Below are positions 26,494-34,423 of a stretch of DNA of 64,000 nucleotides, one piece after another. Source of the stretch: Kiritimatiellia bacterium. GTDB taxonomy: Bacteria > Verrucomicrobiota > Kiritimatiellia > RFP12 > UBA1067. How positions within the stretch are numbered: position 1 is the stretch's first letter; the number at the start of each line of letters is the position of its first letter. The notes beneath the pieces are model-generated. The model was not told the DNA's origin, did no database searches, and saw only the letters and a list, made by a program, of their open reading frames with translations. The DNA lies in assembly GCA_045599105.1 (NCBI GenBank), contig JAZRVL010000014.1, positions 10,807 to 74,806 of the forward strand. The letters are read 5' to 3'. Both the position numbers and the translations under genes were made by a program.

Positions 26494-27086
26494 TTCAAGC
26501 GATTGACGAATTAGAAAAGGCGTTAGCGAGGTTGCCGGGGTTAGGACGTCGCTCGGCTGCGCGCGCAGCTTTAGCGCTTGTACGCGAGAAGACTCGGCTT
26601 TTAGAGCCGCTCATTGCTTCGCTAAATAGTGCAAAAGCGAATGTGTGTTGTTGTTCAAAGTGCGGTGCATTTACGCCAGTCAATAAAGATCCTTGTCCAA
26701 TTTGCACAGATCCCATGCGCACAAGCTCAATGATTTGTGTAGTTGAAGAGGCAGCGGATATTTTAGCTATTGAGTCAACAGGTGCGTTTCGTGGACATTA
26801 TCATGCTTTAGGAGGCAAACTTTCGCTTGCGCACAAATCGGGGCCAGAGAAATTGCATCTTAACGAGCTTAGGGGGCGGGTAATTAACGAGCGTGTAAGC
26901 GAGGTTTTGCTTGCGCTTTCTACGGATATGGATGGTGATGCTACGGCTGGATATATTGTGGAACTATTAAAGGGGACAGATGCTAAAGTCACGCGTCTTG
27001 CTTTTGGGCTACCTGCGGACTCTGGCGTTAGCTACTCCGATCCACTTACTTTGCGTCGTGCTATCAATGGTCGCTTAGACGCTTAA
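26490..27086 (+). CDS. recR: Recombination protein RecR
   Basis: HhH N-terminus LPGLGRRSAARAALAL; C4 zinc finger CSKCG...CPIC; Toprim domain. Confidence 0.85.
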   Translation: MIQAIDELEKALARLPGLGRRSAARAALALVREKTRLLEPLIASLNSAKANVCCCSKCGAFTPVNKDPCPICTDPMRTSSMICVVEEAADILAIESTGAFRGHYHALGGKLSLAHKSGPEKLHLNELRGRVINERVSEVLLALSTDMDGDATAGYIVELLKGTDAKVTRLAFGLPADSGVSYSDPLTLRRAINGRLDA

Positions 27087-27101
27087 AACACAAGGAGAAT
27101 T

Positions 27102-28706
27102 ATGGCAGGCGAGTATCAGTTTAGTTTAATTGATGTTACTAAGCAACAAGGCACCAAGACTATTCTTAAGGATGTTAATCTTTCGTTTTTCTATGGTGCG
27201 CATATTGGAGTAATTGGCGCGAATGGTGCGGGCAAGTCGTCGCTTTTAAAGATTTTGGCTGGGCTTGACAGCGAGCTTATGGGGACAGTGCAAGTTGCGA
27301 AGGGGACGAAGGTAGGTTATTTACCACAAGAGCCAATATTAGATGACGAAAAGACCGTCTTGGAGACAGTGATGGAGGGCGTCAAAGAGGCGCAGGCGAT
27401 GGTGGAGCGCTATGAAGATCTTTGCTGTAATCTTGACGATCCCAAAGCGGCAGCGGAAATGGGAAAGCTTCAGGCGATTATTGATAAAAATGATTATTGG
27501 AATCTTGAGAATTTAGTTGAACGCAGGATGGCAGATTTAGGATGCCCAGATGGCTCAAAAAAGGTGGGTGTGCTTTCGGGCGGTGAACGTCGTCGTGTTG
27601 CCATTGCTCGACTACTACTTTCCAATCCAGATGTGTTACTATTGGACGAGCCCACCAACCATCTTGACGCAGAGACCACTTTTCGCTTAGAGGCGTATTT
27701 GAAGGAGTTTAAGGGTACGCTCATCGTGGTTACGCATGATCGCTACTTCCTCAGTGATGTTACGGATTGGATTTTGGAGCTTGATCACGGCATTTGTTAT
27801 CCTTACAAGGGCAACTATGAAGAGTGGCTGAAACAAAAAGAAGCCATGCTCCAGCGCGAAGCCAAAGTGGAGAAGTCGCGCCAGAAAATGCTCGAGAACG
27901 AACTTAAGTGGATTCAGACCAATCCTTCAGGTCGTCATGCCAAGGCGAAAGCGCGTGTGGAGCGTTATGAAGAGTTGCAAAAGCAAGAAGTTAATACGCG
28001 CGAGGATGATTTGGTTATTCGCATTCCGCCAGGTCCACGGCTTGGCAATCTCGTGGTGAAGGCCGAGCACGTGAAGATGGGCTTTGATGGACAAGTTCTT
28101 TATGATGATCTTAACTTTGACTTGCCACGGGGTGGAATTGTAGGAGTTATTGGTGCGAATGGTGCAGGCAAAACAACGCTCTTTAAGCTTATCACAGGTC
28201 AATTAAAGCCGCTTTCGGGGACTTTTACTGTGGGTGAGACGGTAAAGCTTTCTTATGTTGATCAAACGCGAAGTGAGCTCAAAGGTGAAGAGACGGTCTA
28301 TGAGGCGATTACTGGTGGTGGTGAATTTGTTAAACTTGCGGGAACGACGATGATGAATGGACGCGCTTATTGCTCGCGCTTTAACTTCCGTGGACCTGAG
28401 CAGCAAAAGAAAGTTGGCGTTCTTTCGGGTGGAGAGCGCAATCGCGTTCACCTCGCAAAGCTACTAACCTCAGGTGGCAATCTGCTACTTTTAGACGAAC
28501 CAACCAATGATCTCGATGTTGCGACTTTGCGTTCACTCGAGGAAGGTTTGCAGGAGTTCGGCGGATGTGTGATGGTGGTTTCGCACGATCGATGGTTCTT
28601 GGATCGTATTGCAACTCATATTCTTGCGTTTGAAGGTAAGGGCAAAACAACTTGGTTTGAGGGATCTTACTCAGAATACCACGAAATGCTTGATCGGCGT
28701 AAGTGA
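27102..28706 (+). CDS. ettA: ABC-F family ATPase, EttA-like (energy-dependent translational throttle)
   Basis: Two tandem ABC cassettes with LSGGERRRV and LSGGERNRV signatures; 534 aa; no TM domains. Confidence 0.8.
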   Translation: MAGEYQFSLIDVTKQQGTKTILKDVNLSFFYGAHIGVIGANGAGKSSLLKILAGLDSELMGTVQVAKGTKVGYLPQEPILDDEKTVLETVMEGVKEAQAMVERYEDLCCNLDDPKAAAEMGKLQAIIDKNDYWNLENLVERRMADLGCPDGSKKVGVLSGGERRRVAIARLLLSNPDVLLLDEPTNHLDAETTFRLEAYLKEFKGTLIVVTHDRYFLSDVTDWILELDHGICYPYKGNYEEWLKQKEAMLQREAKVEKSRQKMLENELKWIQTNPSGRHAKAKARVERYEELQKQEVNTREDDLVIRIPPGPRLGNLVVKAEHVKMGFDGQVLYDDLNFDLPRGGIVGVIGANGAGKTTLFKLITGQLKPLSGTFTVGETVKLSYVDQTRSELKGEETVYEAITGGGEFVKLAGTTMMNGRAYCSRFNFRGPEQQKKVGVLSGGERNRVHLAKLLTSGGNLLLLDEPTNDLDVATLRSLEEGLQEFGGCVMVVSHDRWFLDRIATHILAFEGKGKTTWFEGSYSEYHEMLDRRK

Positions 28707-29683
28707 ATGTAAGTATTATAATTGGTGATGACGATTATCTCGTTGAAACTACGGCACGCAAATTGATCGCGAGCGATGCTGAGATAGAGACAATTGATTC
28801 GCTTAATTCTTCTAATGCCGAGTTGCAATTGGCGGATATTGCCAATGTTGACTCGAGCATTCTTACGCCTTCAATGTTTTCGCCTGCCAAAGTGACTTGG
28901 TGGAAAAATGTCCACTTTTTGCCTGGGGGTAAATCGTCCGAGGAGGTAAAAGTCGCCTTGGAGAAGTTTGCGCAGCGCCTTGTCGCATCACCGCTTCCTG
29001 AAAATCAACGTTTTATTCTTTCAGCACCGCATTTACTTAAAACTTCAATTTTTGCAAAAACCTTATCTTCTGTTGCCGATGTTGTTACGCTTTCTGCTGG
29101 TAAACCTTGGGAGGCGGCGCGTAGTGCCGTAGTGCGAGCAATTGATGAGGCGAACGAAGTTGGCTTTAAGTTTGCAAGTGGGGTTGCAGAGAAGTTTATT
29201 TCTATTGTAGGTACGGATGCACGCTCTATTAAGCAGGAGATTGAAAAGTTAAATGCTTATTTGGGTGAGGAGAGCCGAGTTGCAAGCGCTAATGATGTGT
29301 CCGTGCTTACGAGTGTGGGTGCTAAAGTCGAGCCAGAGGTGTGGGATGTTACCGATGCGATTGGCAAACGCGATATTGCGGCGGCTTATCTTGCTTTAAA
29401 GAAGTTTGAACTTGAAAATGGCTTTGCGGTATTTATGAGTGGAGTTATCGAAAAGTTCTTTCGTCATCTTTTGGCGGTAAAGCGCGGTGAAGTGGAGGGG
29501 ATGAATCAGTATGCGCTTAAAAAGAATCAAGAGCATGCTAAGAATTGGACAATTAACGAGCTCCGTCGTGCACGAGCGCGTTTTCTTGCTTTGCGGGAAA
29601 GAGTGGTTTCGGGAACGACTGCAGGCGATATCTTGGTAACTACGGAGCTTACGCGGATTATGCGAAGGGTATCTCCGAGATAA
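28703..29683 (+). CDS. holA: Probable DNA polymerase III delta subunit
   Basis: 326 aa; MNVSIIIGDDDYLVE N-terminus like HolA (GeddyL..); clamp-loader-like layout; weak. Confidence 0.45.
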   Translation: MNVSIIIGDDDYLVETTARKLIASDAEIETIDSLNSSNAELQLADIANVDSSILTPSMFSPAKVTWWKNVHFLPGGKSSEEVKVALEKFAQRLVASPLPENQRFILSAPHLLKTSIFAKTLSSVADVVTLSAGKPWEAARSAVVRAIDEANEVGFKFASGVAEKFISIVGTDARSIKQEIEKLNAYLGEESRVASANDVSVLTSVGAKVEPEVWDVTDAIGKRDIAAAYLALKKFELENGFAVFMSGVIEKFFRHLLAVKRGEVEGMNQYALKKNQEHAKNWTINELRRARARFLALRERVVSGTTAGDILVTTELTRIMRRVSPR

Positions 29684-30278
29684 GATCGGCCTTTTCAAGC
29701 TCGTCCGCCTTACCATAGCCCCATTTGATTGCAATTGACCGCACATTATTGGCTCTTGCAGCTTCAAAATCGCTAATGGTATCGCCAATCATCGTGCAAT
29801 CATCGGGTGAAAGGTTTAGCTCGCGTAAAATGTATGCAATAAGTTCAGATTTAGGGAGCTTTTTATCTGGAAACATATCACCAGCATAAAGTCCATCAAA
29901 AAGTGCCTCCCAGCCAAATTTCTTCGCCATCGCCTTGGCTCCGATAAAGCGCTTGTTGGTAACGATATAAACTTTGTTGCCATTTGCCTTAAGGCGCTTT
30001 ACTTCGTCAATTATTCCAGGATATTCGTGTGTATTGGGAAAGCCGTCGCTATCATAGTGCTGTGCAAACCCCGCGCGAATTTGGTCAGCAAGCTCAGGGG
30101 TGAATTTATCTGGGAAAAGGCGTTTAGTCATCTCGTCAATTGGAGGGCCTGCGACAAACTTCTCGTCAAAGTCTGGGCAAGTAAGATTTAAGTCTCTAAG
30201 CGCCGCTTTCCAGGCCTCGCGAATATCTCGGTCAGTGTCGGCCAAAGTACCGTCTAAATCAAAGAAATAGTGTTTCAT
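29658..30278 (-). CDS. HAD-family hydrolase (phosphoglycolate-phosphatase-like)
   Basis: Motif I FFDLDGTLADT, motif III K, motif IV GDTISD. Confidence 0.75.
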   Translation of the reverse strand: MKHYFFDLDGTLADTDRDIREAWKAALRDLNLTCPDFDEKFVAGPPIDEMTKRLFPDKFTPELADQIRAGFAQHYDSDGFPNTHEYPGIIDEVKRLKANGNKVYIVTNKRFIGAKAMAKKFGWEALFDGLYAGDMFPDKKLPKSELIAYILRELNLSPDDCTMIGDTISDFEAARANNVRSIAIKWGYGKADELEKADLISEIPFA

Positions 30279-30939
30279 GAGTTTCGATTATTTTAAGTAC
30301 CGCTTCAGCGTCAGCGGCTTCATCTAATTGCTCGGCTAAATCACTTGCGTGAATCATCATTGCCAAGCGTGCGAGTATGTTAAGGTGGGTTTCGTGGTTG
30401 GTGGACGCAATTAGAAAGAAGTGACGAGTTGCCTCACCATTAGTGGCACCAAAAAACACTGGATGAGTGGCTCGCCCATAAGCAATAAAAGATTCCTCAA
30501 ACATATAAGGGTCGTGGAAGCGAGGATGCAAGAGGGCAAAGCCATTGCCAATGGCAGTTGAGGCGGCTTCTTCGCGCTGAACTAACTCTTGATAAAGGCC
30601 TTCATTATCGTAGACTAATCCCGATTTGACTGCGAGATCCGCCATATCCCGCAAAATTCCCGCCTTGGCTTTCGCGCCGACTTCAAGGTCAATCGCATTT
30701 AGGTTGAAAAGCTTGGTAATGGGGCAAGATACTTTTTCGTACCGACGTTTGAGATCGCGTTCACCAATATCCAAGAGATTGCGCTGAGCCCATTCGTCCA
30801 AGTCGCGATGGCAAAATAAGTAGCTATCGCCATGCTTGACGGCGGCAATTTCCCCACGCTGCGCACAATGCTTGAGCTCGTTCACTTCAATATGAATGTG
30901 CTCCGCAGCTTGGATTAAATTTAACATTTCATGAGCCAT
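30259..30939 (-). CDS. PTS EIIA(Ntr/Fru)-type domain protein with an N-terminal helix-turn-helix-like domain
   Basis: C-terminal IIA-2 motif GNGFALLHPR; N-terminal 60 aa resembles a MerR/excisionase-type HTH; TGGTATAAT on the minus strand ends 9 nt before the ATG. Confidence 0.55.
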   Translation of the reverse strand: MAHEMLNLIQAAEHIHIEVNELKHCAQRGEIAAVKHGDSYLFCHRDLDEWAQRNLLDIGERDLKRRYEKVSCPITKLFNLNAIDLEVGAKAKAGILRDMADLAVKSGLVYDNEGLYQELVQREEAASTAIGNGFALLHPRFHDPYMFEESFIAYGRATHPVFFGATNGEATRHFFLIASTNHETHLNILARLAMMIHASDLAEQLDEAADAEAVLKIIETHETLFL

Positions 30940-31109
30940 CTAAGGTTTATTATACCAAATATACTAAAAAAATGTTGATTTAACTTAAGTCTTGCATAGT
31001 GAAATGGAAAATGATAGACTCTCCCACAATGTTGAAGCTACATTTAGATAAACTCTCGTAGCGGATGCAGAAACATAAACGATAAACTCTAAAGAAAGGA
31101 GAGACAAAA

Positions 31110-32201
31110 ATGTCTCGTGCATATAACTTCTCGGCGGGTCCAGCTACATTGCCGCTCGAGGTTCTTCAACAAGTCCAAAACGATTTGGTGGACTATAAGG
31201 GCACAGGTATGTCAGTGATGGAGATGTCCCATCGTGGCAAGGACTATGATGCCATTCATAATGAAGCAATTGCGAATTTCAAGGAACTTTGCGGCCTAAA
31301 TGATGATTATGAAGTTCTTTTCATTCAAGGAGGTGGAAGCCAGCAGTTTGCGATGATTCCAATGAACTTTTTGGAAGCAGGCGCTTTGGCGGATTATGCC
31401 AATCAGGGTGCTTGGTCTGGCAAGGCGCTCAAGGAGGCGCGGATTATTGCTTCGGCTCGTGGAGCAACGGTGAATGTGATTGCCGATTGTGCCAAGGATA
31501 TTCCAACTCGGATGCCTAAGGCGAACGAGTGGACGCTTTCGGATAACCCTGCTTACACCCATATTTGCACGAACGAGACGATTTCAGGCGCGCAATTGAA
31601 GGAAATACCTGCGGTTAGAGGTCCACTTTTTGCGGATATGTCATCGGATATTCTCGGTATTGACCGCGATTTCACCAAGTTTGACCTCTTTTATGCGGGT
31701 GCGCAAAAGAATTTAGGTCCTGCGGGTATGGCAGTAGTGGCAATTAAGAAGTCACTTGCAGAAAAGGGTAGCAAGGTTATACCAACGCTTTTCCAATATC
31801 GCACGCACTTAGACAATAATTCACTTTACAATACTCCGCCTACGTTTTCGATTTATGTTTTTGGCGAAGTTATGAAGTGGGTAAAGAAGATGGGCAAGGA
31901 TAAGCTCTTTGCGCAAAACGATTTAAAAGCGAAGATGATTTACGATATTCTTGATAAATCAAGCTTCTACAAGGGAACGGCACTTCCCGAGTTTAGATCC
32001 AATATGAATGTCACATTCCGTTTGCCAACTGAAGAGTTGGAGGCGAAGTTCATTGCGGAGGCAAAGACGTTGGGAATGAGCTCGCTCAAGGGTCATCGCT
32101 CGGTCGGTGGTGTTCGCGCGACGATTTACAATGCTTTCCCAGTTGCGGGTGTTGAAGCGCTCGTCAGCTTTATGAAGGACTTTGAAAAGGCCAACGGCTA
32201 A
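31110..32201 (+). CDS. serC: Phosphoserine aminotransferase
   Basis: MSRAYNFSAGPATLP... canonical SerC N-terminus; 363 aa; RBS AAAGGAG. Confidence 0.9.
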   Translation: MSRAYNFSAGPATLPLEVLQQVQNDLVDYKGTGMSVMEMSHRGKDYDAIHNEAIANFKELCGLNDDYEVLFIQGGGSQQFAMIPMNFLEAGALADYANQGAWSGKALKEARIIASARGATVNVIADCAKDIPTRMPKANEWTLSDNPAYTHICTNETISGAQLKEIPAVRGPLFADMSSDILGIDRDFTKFDLFYAGAQKNLGPAGMAVVAIKKSLAEKGSKVIPTLFQYRTHLDNNSLYNTPPTFSIYVFGEVMKWVKKMGKDKLFAQNDLKAKMIYDILDKSSFYKGTALPEFRSNMNVTFRLPTEELEAKFIAEAKTLGMSSLKGHRSVGGVRATIYNAFPVAGVEALVSFMKDFEKANG

Positions 32202-32215
32202 GGAGATAAATTAAA

Positions 32216-33382
32216 ATGAGTTTTAAGTATCATTGCCTTAATCCAATTGCGGAATGTGGGCTTAAAAATCTTGACGATAAGTATATTCGTACAGAAAATT
32301 TTGCGGATGCGGACGCTATCTTTGTGCGGAGTGCGCAAATGGCAGAGCTTAAGGTTGGAGAAAACCTTTACGCAATTGCTCGCGCAGGTGCGGGCGTCAA
32401 CAATATTCCACACGCCGATTATGCCAAAAAAGGTATCGTCGTATTTAATACGCCAGGCGCTAATGCCAATGGTGTTAAAGAGCTTGTCATTTTGTCAATG
32501 CTTTTGGCAAGTCGGGATATTGTAGGTGGAATTGATTGGGTTAAGGCCAATCAAACAGATGCAGCGATTGCCAAGAGCGCCGAAAAAGCCAAGAAGGCAT
32601 TCGCAGGCACGGAAATTGCGGGCAAGAAGTTAGGTGTCATAGGACTTGGTGCGATTGGACAAAAAGTCGCTAATGCTGCAATTGAGCTGGGGATGGAAGT
32701 TTTGGGCTATGATCCTTATCTCTCGGTGGAAGCGGCTTTGCACCTATCTTCACGGATTTCCGTTCGCAAGAATGTCGAAGCGCTCTATAGGGAGTGCGAC
32801 ATTTTGACTATTCACGTGCCTGCCTTGGATTCAACTAAGGGAATGATTAATGCGGAGGCGATTGCGCTTATGAAAAAAGGCGTTATTATCGTCAATGCGG
32901 CGCGAGATCTCCTCGTAAATGAGATGGATGTCTTGTCCGCAATTGAAGCGGGCAAAGTGAAACGTTATGTTTCGGACTTTCCTAATCCTACGACTGCGGG
33001 CAAGAATGGGTGCATCGTCATTCCTCATTTGGGTGCCTCGACTGAAGAGTCGGAGGATAATTGCGCAGTGATGGCAGTTAAGGAAATGAAGGACTTTTTG
33101 GAAAATGGCAATATCGTCAACTCGGTCAACTATCCTGCATGTTCGTTGGGAGAGGCGAATAAAGCGGGGAGAATTGCGATTTGCCACTTAAATGCGCCCA
33201 ATATTCTCGCTACGCTTACTGCGATTCTTGGTAAAGCAAAAGTGAATATTGACGCTATTGCCAATAAAGGACGTGGCGATTTTGCTTATACGCTCATTGA
33301 TACTGATAGCCAAGTTACCGCTGAGCTCGTAAGTGCGCTTAAAGCGTGCGAGTCGGTTCTTCGCGTAAGAATAGTGAAATAG
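32216..33382 (+). CDS. serA: D-3-phosphoglycerate dehydrogenase (with C-terminal ACT domain)
   Basis: 2-hydroxyacid dehydrogenase NAD motif GVIGLGAIG; catalytic region; ACT-like tail; lies between serC and asd. Confidence 0.85.
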   Translation: MSFKYHCLNPIAECGLKNLDDKYIRTENFADADAIFVRSAQMAELKVGENLYAIARAGAGVNNIPHADYAKKGIVVFNTPGANANGVKELVILSMLLASRDIVGGIDWVKANQTDAAIAKSAEKAKKAFAGTEIAGKKLGVIGLGAIGQKVANAAIELGMEVLGYDPYLSVEAALHLSSRISVRKNVEALYRECDILTIHVPALDSTKGMINAEAIALMKKGVIIVNAARDLLVNEMDVLSAIEAGKVKRYVSDFPNPTTAGKNGCIVIPHLGASTEESEDNCAVMAVKEMKDFLENGNIVNSVNYPACSLGEANKAGRIAICHLNAPNILATLTAILGKAKVNIDAIANKGRGDFAYTLIDTDSQVTAELVSALKACESVLRVRIVK

Positions 33383-33412
33383 TTATCGGATTTATGATAT
33401 AATTCCCACTTT

Positions 33413-34423
33413 ATGAAGACGTATAATGTAGGTTTAGTGGGCGTAGGCGCTGTCGGCACCGAAATGATTCGGGTGCTAAAAGAGCGCGCCTTTCCGTGCG
33501 GCAAGGTTCAAGTATTCGCTTCGCATGAACGCGATGAGGAGATTTTGGGCGAAAAGTATCATGTCCTTAAGGCAGATGAAAATAGCTTTAAGGGCTTGGA
33601 TATAGTTTTATTTGCGGGCAAGACTGATGTTGCGCTCGCACTTAAGGACGCAGTCGTCAAGGCGGGAGCCAAGATGATTGATAATTCGCGTGCGTTTCGC
33701 CAAGACCCCAAGGTGCCGCTCGTCGTCCCGCAAGTGAATGCTGAGGACCTTGACTGGAATGAAGGCGTCATTGCCAACCCTAATTGCACAACGGCAATTA
33801 TGCTGGAGGCGGTGGCGCCTTTACATAAGGCGAAGGGGCTTAAGCGGCTTATTGCCTCGACCTATCAAGCAGCTTCAGGCGCAGGTGCGCCAGGGCTCAT
33901 GGAGCTTGAGGAGCAAATCCACGATTATGCGTCCAATAAACCTTTGACGGTCAAAGCGTTTCAGCATCAGCTGATGTATAACCTCATTCCGCACATCGAT
34001 AAGTTCGATGAGACGAATTGGTATACTCTGGAGGAGCTTAAGATGCGCAATGAAGCGCGCAAGATGCTTCACTTGCCAGAGTTGATGCTTTCTTGTACTT
34101 GCGTGCGAGTGCCGATTGCCCGTGCCCATTCTGAATCGCTCAATATGGAGTTTGAGCGCGACATTACGCCCGAAGAGGCGCGTGAAATATTGAAAGGCGC
34201 GGTTGGAGTCAAAGTGGTTGACGATCCACTCAATGGTGGATATCCAATGCCACTTGATGCGACGGCCAAGTATGATGTTCTGGCAGGCCGTATTCGTCAG
34301 GATATTTCGCGCAATGACAAGAAGGGACTTGAGATGTTTATCTCGGGAGACCAGCTTTTGCGAGGGGCTGCGCTTAATGCAGTCGAAATTGCCGAAGAGC
34401 TTATTAAGCGGAAACTCGTCTAA
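33413..34423 (+). CDS. asd: Aspartate-semialdehyde dehydrogenase
   Basis: NAD motif VGLVGVGAVG; active-site NPNCTT; 336 aa; TGATATAAT 10 nt upstream of the ATG. Confidence 0.9.
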   Translation: MKTYNVGLVGVGAVGTEMIRVLKERAFPCGKVQVFASHERDEEILGEKYHVLKADENSFKGLDIVLFAGKTDVALALKDAVVKAGAKMIDNSRAFRQDPKVPLVVPQVNAEDLDWNEGVIANPNCTTAIMLEAVAPLHKAKGLKRLIASTYQAASGAGAPGLMELEEQIHDYASNKPLTVKAFQHQLMYNLIPHIDKFDETNWYTLEELKMRNEARKMLHLPELMLSCTCVRVPIARAHSESLNMEFERDITPEEAREILKGAVGVKVVDDPLNGGYPMPLDATAKYDVLAGRIRQDISRNDKKGLEMFISGDQLLRGAALNAVEIAEELIKRKLV

